A stretch of 52,361 bases of DNA from a bacterium (GTDB taxonomy: Bacteria; Myxococcota_A; UBA9160; UBA4427), in the NCBI GenBank assembly GCA_030432735.1, contig JAUIMK010000001.1, positions 1 through 52,361 of the forward strand, given 5' to 3'. Below the pieces are notes generated by a model, which saw nothing but the letters and a program-made list of their open reading frames with translations, was not told the DNA's origin and made no database searches. Of this stretch, positions 19,817 through 29,500 are shown piece after piece (position 1 is the stretch's first letter; the number at the start of each line of letters is the position of its first letter). The translations under genes and the position numbers were made by a program.

Positions 19817-20935
19817 GTGACCGCCGACCCTTCCGTGCCCTGGCGACGCGGCCGCCTCCTGCACGCCGCGCTGCCGCTCGTCCGTCCGCTCGCGACCGCC
19901 CACGGTCCGATCGAGCGACGCAACGCCCTCGTCGTCGCGCTCGAAGACGACGAGGGGCGCGTCGGTTGGGGCGAGGCGACGCCGCTTCCGGAGTTCGGCA
20001 CCGAGGGCTTCGAGGCCTGCCGCAAGCGGCTCGTCGCCCGGCTCGGAGGCGCTCCATCCGGCTCCGATCCCTCGAAACCGTGCGCCGACTTCGCCTGGTC
20101 GACGGCGCTCCGGGACCTCGCCGCGCAGCGGGCGGGGGAGGGGCTCGCGGCGCAGCTCTGCCGCGAAGCGGGCTTCGGAGACGGGCCGGCGTCCGCCGTC
20201 GCGTCCCAGGCCCTGGTCGCAGGAGCGACACCGGAAGAGGTCGTCGCGTCCGCGCGCGGCTTCGTCGAGAAGGGATTCCGCGCGTTCAAGCTGAAGCTCG
20301 CGGTGTCGCCGGGCGCGCGGGGGCTTGGGGTCGATCTCGATCGGGTGGCGGCGCTTCGCCAGGTGATCGGTCCGGAGGCGCTGCTGCGACTCGATGCGAA
20401 CGAGGCTTGGAGCGAGGCGGAGGCGCGTCGCGCGCTGGTCGCCTTCGCGTGCTTCGACGTCGACTACGTGGAGCAGCCGGTGGCGCGCGGGGACGTCGAT
20501 GCGCTCGGTCGTCTCGCTGCGCAGGGGGAGGTCGCGGTGGCGGCGGACGAGGCGCTGCTCGGGCAGGGCTGGCGAGACCTGCTCGCGGCGGAGGCCGTCG
20601 GGATCTGGATCGCGAAGCCGGCGGCCCTCGGCTCCCTCGACGTCGCGCTCGAGCTGGTCCGGCGCGTCGCGGCGCAGGACGGCCGGCTGATCTGGTCCAC
20701 GCTGATCGACGGCGCGATCGGTCGCGGCGCGGCACGCGCGCTCGCCGGAGCGACGAGCGCTCCCGGGGAAGTACACGGCCTCGGGACCGGCCCGCTGCTG
20801 GCGGCGGATCTGCGCGAAGGGACCGATCCGGTCCGCGACGGCCTGCTCCCGACGCCGATGGGCCCGGGGCTCGGGATTGCGCCGGAGGGCGCTGTCCTCG
20901 AAGCGGCGCAGGCCCTCCACGAGGTCGTGCGGTGA
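19817..20935 (+). CDS. menC: o-Succinylbenzoate synthase (enolase superfamily)
   Basis: Enolase-superfamily motifs (FKLKLAV, LRLDANEAW, VDYVEQPV). I prefer GTG 19817 (SD GAGG with a 6-nt spacer). The in-frame GTG 19784 is the alternative and would add 11 codons. Confidence 0.82.
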   Translation: MTADPSVPWRRGRLLHAALPLVRPLATAHGPIERRNALVVALEDDEGRVGWGEATPLPEFGTEGFEACRKRLVARLGGAPSGSDPSKPCADFAWSTALRDLAAQRAGEGLAAQLCREAGFGDGPASAVASQALVAGATPEEVVASARGFVEKGFRAFKLKLAVSPGARGLGVDLDRVAALRQVIGPEALLRLDANEAWSEAEARRALVAFACFDVDYVEQPVARGDVDALGRLAAQGEVAVAADEALLGQGWRDLLAAEAVGIWIAKPAALGSLDVALELVRRVAAQDGRLIWSTLIDGAIGRGAARALAGATSAPGEVHGLGTGPLLAADLREGTDPVRDGLLPTPMGPGLGIAPEGAVLEAAQALHEVVR

Positions 20936-22437
20936 CGGACGCGGGGGAGGGCGTGCTCGCGGCGGCTTTGCGCGACCACGGACGCGCCGAGGCGATCCGG
21001 ATGGGGACCGCGTCGCTCACCTGGTCGGCGCTCGCCGAGGCCTCGCGAGGGATGCAGGCGGCCCTCGAGGGAGCGGGCGTCGAGCGCGGTGATCTCGTCG
21101 CGGTCCTCGCGCCACCGTCCCTCGAAGGCGTGGCGCTGCTCTTCGCGGCCCTCGATCTCGGGGTGCCGATGCTGCCGCTCAACGCGCGCCTCTCCGAGAT
21201 CGAGCAGGCGCAGGCCGTCGTCGAGAGCCACGCGCGCTTCCTCGTCGTCGCGCCGGGGGAGCCCCGCGGCGCGCGCCTCGCGGCGGAGGCGGGCTGCGGA
21301 CTCCTCGAGCTCTCTGCGGCGGGAGGCGCGCGTCCCCTCGCTCGTCTCGCGTCGCCCGACCCGCGCCGCGCCGACGCGTTCGCAGCAGCCGCCGCGCGAC
21401 GACGCGACGAAGGCGCCGCGCTCGTGCTCCGCACGTCCGGGACGAGTGGACGGCCGAAGGGGGCGGTGCTCGGGCTCGACAACCTGATCGCCAGCGCCGA
21501 CGGTGCGGCATCGCTCCTCGGCAGCGCGCCCTCCGATCGTTGGCTGCTGTGCATGCCGCTCTTCCACATCGGCGGGCTCGCGATCCTGCTGCGGGCCGCC
21601 CGGGTGGGCGCGAGCGTGGTCCTGCACGCGCGCTTCGACGAGGCCCGGGTCGCGCGGGCGCTCGAGGAGGAGGGGATCACCCGGGTGAGCTTCGTGGCGA
21701 CGATGCTCGAGCGGGTGCTCGCGGTGCGCGGCGATCGGCCGGCTCCGGCTTCGCTCGAGCTGGTCTTGCTGGGCGGAGGTCCCGCGAGCGACGCGCTGAT
21801 CGAGCGCGCCGAAGCGCTCGGCTATCCGGTCGCGCCCACCTACGGCCTGACCGAAGCGGCGTCGCAGGTCGCGACGCGCCCGCCGGGCGCGGATCGCGCC
21901 GAGGCGGCGGGCGGACTGGTCCCGTTGGGCGGCGTGTCGCTTCGGATCGTCGACGAAGCGGGGACCCCCTGCGCGCCCGGGACCGTGGGCGAGATCCGGG
22001 TGCGTGGGCCGATCGTGATGCGCGGCTACCTCGATGATCCCGAGGCGACGCGCGCGGCTCTCGAAGACGGCTGGCTCGTGACGGGGGACATCGGCCGTCT
22101 GGACGCCGAGGGACGCTTGCGCGTGCTGGACCGTCGAACCGACCTCATCCTCTCGGGAGGCGAGAACGTCTATCCCGCCCAGGTCGAGTCCGCCCTCGAG
22201 GCCCATCCCGACGTGGTCGAAGCCGGCGTCCGGGGCGTGGCAGACGACACGTACGGCGCGCGTCCGGCCGCGTGGGTCGTCCTTCGGGACGGCGCTTCCC
22301 TCGAGCCGGATGCGCTCCTCGCGTTCTGTCGCCTTCGCCTCGCCGGCTACGCGGTTCCCGTTCGGATCGAGCGGGTCGACGAGCTGCCACGCAACGCGAC
22401 GGGCAAGCTGCTGCGCCGGCACCTCCGAGAGCGTTAG
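20932..22437 (+). CDS. menE: o-Succinylbenzoate-CoA ligase (adenylate-forming enzyme)
   Basis: GTG 20932 overlaps the menC stop (GTGA). 501 aa with the AMP-binding motif LRTSGTSGRPKG, then YGLTEA, GDIGRLDAEGRLRVLDR and C-terminal PRNATGKL. Confidence 0.88.
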   Translation: MTDAGEGVLAAALRDHGRAEAIRMGTASLTWSALAEASRGMQAALEGAGVERGDLVAVLAPPSLEGVALLFAALDLGVPMLPLNARLSEIEQAQAVVESHARFLVVAPGEPRGARLAAEAGCGLLELSAAGGARPLARLASPDPRRADAFAAAAARRRDEGAALVLRTSGTSGRPKGAVLGLDNLIASADGAASLLGSAPSDRWLLCMPLFHIGGLAILLRAARVGASVVLHARFDEARVARALEEEGITRVSFVATMLERVLAVRGDRPAPASLELVLLGGGPASDALIERAEALGYPVAPTYGLTEAASQVATRPPGADRAEAAGGLVPLGGVSLRIVDEAGTPCAPGTVGEIRVRGPIVMRGYLDDPEATRAALEDGWLVTGDIGRLDAEGRLRVLDRRTDLILSGGENVYPAQVESALEAHPDVVEAGVRGVADDTYGARPAAWVVLRDGASLEPDALLAFCRLRLAGYAVPVRIERVDELPRNATGKLLRRHLRER

Positions 22438-22455
22438 GCGAGCATTGGTCGCGCT

Positions 22456-23187
22456 TCAGGCGGTCGGCGCTTCGAGGACCGCGGCGATCCGCGCGCGCAC
22501 CCGGTCCATCATCTCCTCGGGCTCGGTCTGCTCGACGTCCGCCGGCGCGACCGGGTCGAGGATCTCGATCGAGATGTCGTGCCGCCCCTGGAGCACGAAG
22601 CCGCGCTTCGGGAGCGCGTCCCCGGTACCGCGGATCACGAGAGGCTGGATCGGCACGCCGTTGCGCTGGGCGATCTCGAAGGCGCCGGGTTTCCACGCGC
22701 GCATCCGACCCGTCGCCGAGCGCGTGCCTTCCGGGAACATCACGATCGAGCTGCCGTTCCGGAGGGCCTCGTCACAGGCGCGCATCATCGACAGCACGCT
22801 CGTCTTCGTGCCGCGCTGGAGCGGGATGTAGCCGCAGAGGGTCATGTTCCAGCCGATCAGCGGCACGCGAAAATTCTCGATCTTCGACACCCACTTGAAG
22901 TGGCTATGGAGCCGGAACATCACGAGGATGTCGAGCAGCGAGAGATGATTGGCGACGATCACGGCGGGCCCGGATCGGTGGAGCCGTTCGCGCCCGTGGA
23001 TCGTGACGCGCCACGCCGGGTTGAGCCACGTGTAGAGCGAGGCCCAGAAGCAGGTGAATCGGTGGAGCAGGGCCCGGCGCCGGTCGAAGGGGGCCGTGAC
23101 GAGGAAGATCAGCACGGCCAGCGGAAAGAGCGCGAGCGACGAGAGCCCGACGAAGCCCCAGAAGACGGCGGAGAGCACGCGCCGCAT
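22456..23187 (-). CDS. plsC: 1-acyl-sn-glycerol-3-phosphate acyltransferase family protein
   Basis: I use ATG 23185-23187 (MRRVLSAVFWGF...), which overlaps the upstream gene's stop (ATGA). It has the HX4D motif (ANHLSLLD) and the FPEGTRS motif. Confidence 0.85.
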   Translation of the reverse strand: MRRVLSAVFWGFVGLSSLALFPLAVLIFLVTAPFDRRRALLHRFTCFWASLYTWLNPAWRVTIHGRERLHRSGPAVIVANHLSLLDILVMFRLHSHFKWVSKIENFRVPLIGWNMTLCGYIPLQRGTKTSVLSMMRACDEALRNGSSIVMFPEGTRSATGRMRAWKPGAFEIAQRNGVPIQPLVIRGTGDALPKRGFVLQGRHDISIEILDPVAPADVEQTEPEEMMDRVRARIAAVLEAPTA

Positions 23188-23906
23188 CAGCCCACGCGCT
23201 CCCGCCCGCGCGCGGCCCGCGCCGCCTCGACGAAGGCCGCGAAGAGGGCGGGGCTCGTCGATTCGTCCATCTTCTCCGGGTGCCACTGCACGCCGATCTC
23301 CCAGCGGTCGAGGTCCTCGATCGCTTCGATGACCCCGTCGGAAGCCGTGGCCGCGATCCGGTGGGTCTCGCCGATCGCGCGGACGGCCTGATGATGGAGA
23401 CTGTTGACCGGGTGCGCACCTGCGCCGAGGATCGAGGCGAGCCGGGTACCCGGGACGACCGAGATCGGGTGGCGCGCGGCCTCGTCGAGGCGGTGGACGT
23501 CGAAGTCGCCCTCCGCGCTCGGCAGATGGGGCTCGAGGAGGCCGCCCGCGTCCCGGGCGAGGAGCTGCATGCCGTAGCAGACGCCGAGCACCGGCAGGCC
23601 GCGGACGCGCGCGGCGGCGAGCAGCGCCGCGTCGAAGGCGACCTGAGTCGCCGGCGCGAGATCGAGCTCGACGCCTTCGGGCAGGGATCGATCGCTCGGA
23701 AAGTCGTCGCCGCCCGGAAGCAGCAATCCGTCGAGCCCCGCCACCAGTCCCGTCGGGTCCGCCTGGACCGGCAGGTGGAGCGCGAGGCCGCCGGCGTGGT
23801 CGATCGCCCGGGCGTAGGCGTGGTCGACGTAGAGGTAGTCCCGGCCCGGGCGCCAGCGGCCGCGGTCGTCGAGGCAGAGCGGGATCCCGATTCGCGGCCT
23901 GTCCAT
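23187..23906 (-). CDS. Gamma-glutamyl-gamma-aminobutyrate hydrolase-like peptidase C26 / class I GATase
   Basis: 239 aa with GLLLPGGDD, the nucleophile elbow VLGVCYGMQLL, and SLHHQAV...VQWHPE. Confidence 0.8.
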   Translation of the reverse strand: MDRPRIGIPLCLDDRGRWRPGRDYLYVDHAYARAIDHAGGLALHLPVQADPTGLVAGLDGLLLPGGDDFPSDRSLPEGVELDLAPATQVAFDAALLAAARVRGLPVLGVCYGMQLLARDAGGLLEPHLPSAEGDFDVHRLDEAARHPISVVPGTRLASILGAGAHPVNSLHHQAVRAIGETHRIAATASDGVIEAIEDLDRWEIGVQWHPEKMDESTSPALFAAFVEAARAARGRERVG

Positions 23907-23941
23907 GGCACGAGCATAGCCAGCTGCGGCATCCTGCCCGG

Positions 23942-24805
23942 ATGGCGCAGGTGGTGATCGCAGGATGCGGCTACGTGGGGAACGCGTTGGCCGGGATGCT
24001 CATGGCGGAGGGCCACGAGGTCTTCGGCGTGAGGCGCAACGTCGCTGAGCTGGCCGAGGGAGTCCGCGGCATCGCCGGCGATCTCGCAGAGCCTTCGGCC
24101 CTCGGGCCGGCCCCGCCGCGCGTCGACTACGCGGTCTTCGCCGTCGGCGCCGACGGCGGAACCGAGAAGGCCTATCGCCGCGCCTATCTCGACGGGCTGG
24201 CCGGCTTCCTGCAGTGGCTCCTCGACGAGGGCCAGCGCCCGAAGCGGATCGTGATGACGTCGAGCACGAGCGTCTACGGGCAGCGTCGGGGCGAGGTGAT
24301 CACCGAACGCTCGCCGACCCATCCGACCCAGTTCCGCGGCGAGACCCTGCTCGCGAGCGAGGGACTCGTCGCCGCGAGCGCGATCCGGAGCGTCGTCGTC
24401 CGGCTCGGCGGCATCTACGGCCCTGGGCGCACGCGCCTGATCGACCGGGCCCGGGCGGGGGAGCTCGTGCTGCGCGGGCGCGAGCACTACACGAATCGGA
24501 TCCACCGGGACGATGCCGCCGGCCTGATCCGCCATCTCCTCTTCCACCCCGATCCGGCGCCGCTCTATCTCGGCGTCGACGACCACAGCGCCGAGGAAGC
24601 GGAGCTCTACACCTGGCTGGCGAAGGAGGCCGGGGGGCCGCCGCCCAAGGCGCCCGACGAGGACGCGGCGCCGAGCGACCGCCGGCGCGAGGTCGGAAGC
24701 AAGCGATGCAGCAACGCCCTCGCCCGCGAGAGCGGCTACCGCTTCCGATACCCGACCTACCGTGAGGGCTACGGGGAGCTGATCCGCGAGACGGCCGGCG
24801 CTTGA
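23942..24805 (+). CDS. NAD(P)-dependent epimerase/dehydratase-like SDR family protein
   Basis: 287 aa with the Rossmann motif VVIAGCGYVGNALAGML, and later SSTSVYG and RLGGIYGPGR. Confidence 0.75.
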   Translation: MAQVVIAGCGYVGNALAGMLMAEGHEVFGVRRNVAELAEGVRGIAGDLAEPSALGPAPPRVDYAVFAVGADGGTEKAYRRAYLDGLAGFLQWLLDEGQRPKRIVMTSSTSVYGQRRGEVITERSPTHPTQFRGETLLASEGLVAASAIRSVVVRLGGIYGPGRTRLIDRARAGELVLRGREHYTNRIHRDDAAGLIRHLLFHPDPAPLYLGVDDHSAEEAELYTWLAKEAGGPPPKAPDEDAAPSDRRREVGSKRCSNALARESGYRFRYPTYREGYGELIRETAGA

Positions 24806-25974
24806 GCGACGCCCCCGCTCGTCCGCCGCTCGCCCCCGAGACCCTCGCCATGCCCGGGGCGATCTATTCGCCCTTCGCGGATCGCATGGCGGACCATCCC
24901 GGCCCGCTCTTCCCCCTGCACGTCGGCGATACCTGGCGCGACCCCTTCGTCGGCGCGCGATCCGAGGACATCGCCTCCGCCGATCATCCGCGCCTGCACG
25001 CCTACGGCGACACCCGCGGCCTGCCCGAGCTGATCGAGGCGATCGCCGGGAAGCTCGCCCGCCGGAACGGTCTGGACCACGCGACGGACGAGATCCTGGT
25101 GACCGCGGGCGCGACCGGCGGTCTGGCGGCGGCCGCGGGGGCCACCCTCTCGCCGGGTGACGAGATCCTGATCCTCGCGCCCTTCTGGCCGCTCATCCGT
25201 GGGATCGCGCAGAGCTTTCGCGCCACGCCCGTCGAGGTGCCCTTCTTCGATCGCGTCGCGAACGCCCGCGAGGCCGTCGAGGCGGTCGCGTCCCGGATCA
25301 CCGCCCGGAGCCGCGTGCTCTACGTCTCGACGCCGTCGAATCCGACGGGCCGGGTGATTCCGGGGGAGACGCTCGAGGCGCTGGCCGCGCTGGCCCGCCG
25401 GCACGACCTCTGGATCTTCTCCGACGAGGTCTACGAGGACTACCACTACGAGGGCGGCCCCGAGGCGCACGTGTCGATGGCCCGCTTCGCGCCGGAGCGG
25501 ACGGTGTCCGTCTACTCCTTCTCGAAGAGCTATGCGATGGCGGGGCAGCGCGTCGGCTATCTGGCCGCGCCGGCGGAGCTGATCCACAACGCCCGGAAGA
25601 TCGGGACCCACGTCTACTACCACGCCCCGATCATCGCCCAGCGGACGGCGCTCGCGGCCCTCGAAGGTGGCGCGGACTGGCTCGCCCGGGCGCACGCGCA
25701 GGATCGCGAGGTCGGTCGCCGGGTCGCGGCGCGCCTCGGCGAGGCGGAGCCCCAGGGCGGGACCTTCCTCTTCCTCGACGTCGGGGACCGGCTGGACGAG
25801 CGCGGTCTGCCGGGACTGCTGGAGGACTGCTTCGCCGAGGGGGTCCTCGTCGCGCCGGGCTCGAGCTGCGGCGCGGACTACGGCGAATGGATCCGACTGA
25901 GCTTCACCGCCGCGCCCGGCGCCGACGTGCTCGAAGCGGCGGACCGGCTCGCGAAGGTGCTCGGGCGACGCTGA
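24802..25974 (+). CDS. Pyridoxal phosphate-dependent aminotransferase (class I/II)
   Basis: 390 aa from TTG 24802, which overlaps the SDR stop (TTGA); ATG 24850 is the alternative. PLP-lysine motif YSFSKSYAMAGQRVGY; also SNPTGRV. Confidence 0.85.
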   Translation: MSDAPARPPLAPETLAMPGAIYSPFADRMADHPGPLFPLHVGDTWRDPFVGARSEDIASADHPRLHAYGDTRGLPELIEAIAGKLARRNGLDHATDEILVTAGATGGLAAAAGATLSPGDEILILAPFWPLIRGIAQSFRATPVEVPFFDRVANAREAVEAVASRITARSRVLYVSTPSNPTGRVIPGETLEALAALARRHDLWIFSDEVYEDYHYEGGPEAHVSMARFAPERTVSVYSFSKSYAMAGQRVGYLAAPAELIHNARKIGTHVYYHAPIIAQRTALAALEGGADWLARAHAQDREVGRRVAARLGEAEPQGGTFLFLDVGDRLDERGLPGLLEDCFAEGVLVAPGSSCGADYGEWIRLSFTAAPGADVLEAADRLAKVLGRR

Positions 25975-26099
25975 GCCGGCGGCGGGTCGGCCCGCCCGGC
26001 GCACGATCGAGTATCCTCGCCCGTCCGCGCATCGCCGCCGTCCCTGTCCCCGCGCCGTCCGGGCGCGCGACCGAAGCAACCCCGCGAAGGAACCCCATC

Positions 26100-26525
26100 A
26101 TGTCGATCGATCTCGTCAAGAACGCCCCCAAGACGCCGGCCCGGGAGGCGAGCATCCAGTCGATGGAGCTCGCGGTGGCCGGCGATGGCGAAGGCTGGCT
26201 CGCCCTCTTCGCCGACGATGCCGTCGTCCAGGATCCCTACGGGCCCTCGCCCTGGGACCCGGAAGGCCGCGGTCGGATCGGGAAGGAGGAGATCCGTGAC
26301 TTCTGCGCGGCCTTCATCAAGCCCGACTCGCTTCGTTTCCAGGTGCGTCAGACCCTCGACGGCAACGGAGCGTGCGTGAACGTCGGCACGATCATCACCA
26401 AGGGGGAGGACGGCCGCGTCGGCTGGAACGAGGTCGTGAACGTCTACGAAGTGAACGACGAGGGCAAGATCACGCTCCTGCGCTCCTACTGGGACTTCGC
26501 GGCCAACCAGAAGACCTTCTTCTAG
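26100..26525 (+). CDS. NTF2-like (SnoaL/ketosteroid isomerase-like) protein
   Basis: Internal ATG 26100 of ORF 25887..26525. The 141-aa product has the pattern ...GDGEGWLALFADDAVVQDPYG...VNVYEVNDEGKITLLRSYWD typical of SnoaL-like folds. It ends 15 nt before recC. Confidence 0.6.
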   Translation: MSIDLVKNAPKTPAREASIQSMELAVAGDGEGWLALFADDAVVQDPYGPSPWDPEGRGRIGKEEIRDFCAAFIKPDSLRFQVRQTLDGNGACVNVGTIITKGEDGRVGWNEVVNVYEVNDEGKITLLRSYWDFAANQKTFF

Positions 26526-26540
26526 GCCGCGCGAGCGCCC

Positions 26541-29500
26541 TTGCTCACCGTCGAACGCAGCAACCGGACCGAACGACTCTTCGAAGGTCTCGCCACCCGA
26601 CTGATGGCGCCCGGTCGCGACCCGCTCCGGCCCGCCACCGTCGTCGTCCAGGGCCCCGGGATGGAGCGGTGGCTCGCGCAGTCCCTCGCCCGCGAGTACG
26701 GGATCTGCGCGAACACCGAGTTCATCTTCCCGCGGACCTTCCTCGAACGCGTCTTCTCCCAGGTCGAGGGCGACGATGGCGTCAGTGCCGGGATCTGGCA
26801 GGGCGGGCGCCTCGTCTGGGCGGTCGCGCGTCAGCTCGAGGCGCTGCGCGGCGATCCGGACTTCGCCCCGCTGGCGCTCCACCTCGACGCGACGGACGGG
26901 GACTGGCGTCGGGTCCAGCTCGCCGGCGAGATCGCGGCGATGCTCGATCGTTATGCGACCCATCGCCCCCAGTGGCTCCACGACTGGTGCGCCGGGCGCA
27001 ACCTGCCGACCGACGGCGACGCGCGCTGGCAGGGCCGGCTCGTGCACGCGCTCGGGCAGGCGAGCGAGGATCGGCCCTTCGCCGATCGGGCGCTGCGGGT
27101 GCTCGAAGCGCTCGAGACGACGTCGGCGCAGACCGCGCTCGCGCGGGCGTGGCCCCGGGGCGTCGAGGTCTTCGCCGTGTCGACGCTGCTCCCGGTCGAT
27201 CTCGCGGTCCTCGACCGCGTGTCACGGATCGTCGACGTCCATCTCTCGATCCTGAGTCCCTCGCGTCAGTGGTGGGCGGAGCTCTGGCACGAGGTCCGGG
27301 AGGCGGAGCGCGCCGGCCTGCTCCAGCCGGGCGGACTGCCGATGGCGCCTCCGCCGGCGGAGGCGCTGATCGACCCGCCCACGCCGGTCGGGCGCCTGCT
27401 CGCGGGGCTCGGGCGCCTCGGCGCGGACTTCCAGCGCTGTCTCGAGGAGCTCGAGTCCGCCCAGGAGGCCGACGAGTCCCGCTACGAGGCGCCTCCCTCC
27501 GACACGTTGTTGGGCCGATTGCAGCGCCGATTCCTCGATCTCGACGAGCCGGGGGACGGGGAGCGCGTCGTGCCGGCGAGCGACGCGTCGATCCAGGTGC
27601 ATCGTTGCTACGGTCCACGCCGCGAGCTCGAGGTCGTCCACGCCCAGCTGCACGAGGCGTTCCGCGCGCTGCCGGATCTCGTGCCCGAGGACGTGATCGT
27701 GATGGCGCCGGGCATCGACGCGATCGCGCCGGACATCGAGGCGGTGTTCGGTGCGCTCGGCGAGGAAGAGGGCGCGATTCCCCACCGCATCGCCGACCGC
27801 GGCGCGATGCGCCGCTCGCCCGTCGCCGAGACCTTCGTGGCGCTGCTTCAGCTGCTGACCGGGCGCGCTGGCCGCGGCGAGGTCATCGACTGGCTCGCCC
27901 GCGAGCCGGCGCGAGAGCGCTTCGGTCTCGCACCCGACGCCGTCGAGGAGGTGGCGGATTGGGCGGCGCGGGCGGGGATCCGCTTCGGGCTCGATGCCGA
28001 GCATCGCGCGGCCCTGGGCCTCGCCGCCGACCCGGCGCACACCTGGACGGAGGGCCTCGCGCGGCTCGCGCTCTCCCATGCGGTCGGCACGACCGGAGCC
28101 GCCTATCGGTCGCTCGCGGCGGAGCGCATCGGTCCGATGGCGGATCCGGCGCTCCTCGGCGCGCTCGGCGATCTGATCGATCTGCTCGTCGACGCGCGCC
28201 GCGGGTCTTCGGGTCGCCGAACGGTGGGCGGTTGGTGTCGCTGGCTCGCGGAGCTGCTCGATGCCTCCTGCGAGGGCGGGGGCCTGTCCGCGGACGAGCA
28301 CGTGCGGATCCGCACCCATCTCGGACGGATCACCGAAGACGCCGCGGTCGCGGGATTCGAGGACGAGATCCCCTTCGAGGCGATTCGCGAGCGCGTCGTC
28401 GAGGCGTTGACGGCGAGCCCTGCGCCCCAGGCGTTCCTAGCCGGCGGCGTGACCTTCTGCGAGCTCGTGCCCCTGCGCGCGATTCCCTTCCGGGTCGTCG
28501 TGATCCTCGGGCTCGTCGACGGTGCGTTCCCGCGCGGTCGACCGGCACCGGGCTACGACCTGATGGCGCGCGCGCCCCGCGCGGGCGACCGGAGCCAACG
28601 CAACGACGACCGCTACCTCTTCCTCGAGGCGTTGCTCTCCGCTCGGGACCGATTGATCCTGACGGCGCCTGCGCGCGACGTCCGTGACGGCAGCGATCTC
28701 CCGCTCTCGATCGTCGTGACCGAGCTCCTCGAGGCGCTCGACGGGACCTTCTCGACGGACGACGGTCGACCGCTCCAGGAGCGGCTCGTCGTCTCACACC
28801 CCCTCCATGGCTTCAGCCCGAGCTATTTCGCGGGGCGCCGCGAGCCGGGGCTCTTCGGAGTCGACCCCGACGCCTGGGCGGGCGCGCGCGCGCGGAAGGC
28901 GGCGCTCGAGGCCGGAGGCGGTCGCGTGCGTCGCTTCCTCGACGCGCCGATCGATCCCGACGACGCCGTCCCGCCGACCTCGCAGCTCGGCCTCGAGACG
29001 TTGATCGCCCGGATCGCGCGTTCTTCTCGGACCTTCCTCCGCGATCGACTGCACGTCCGCCTACCGCAGGAAGAGGACGTCGTCGACGAGCTCGATCCCT
29101 TCACCGTCGACGGCCTCGACCGCTGGGGGCTCGGCAGCGCGCTGCTCCAGGCGATGGAGGAGGGCGTCTCACCGGAAGCCGCGCTCGAGCGTCTGACCGC
29201 CTCACCCTCGACCCCGCGCGGTGTCGCCGGGGGCTCCGCCCTGCGAAGCATCCAGGCCCAGGTGCTCGAGGTCGCCCGGGTCGCGGACGCGCGACGGGCT
29301 TCCGGATCGTGTCCGGACCACGCGGCGGTGCTCGAGCTCCAGCTCGCTTCCGGCCGGTCCGTGCAGCTCTCGGGTCGCCTCGATCGTCTCACGCCGGAGG
29401 GGCGCGTCCTCGCGCGGTTCACGAAGCACGGGAAGCGCGCCGAGCTTGAGGACTGGATCCGCCATCTCTTCCTTTGCGCGTGCGTCGACGACGGGGCCGA

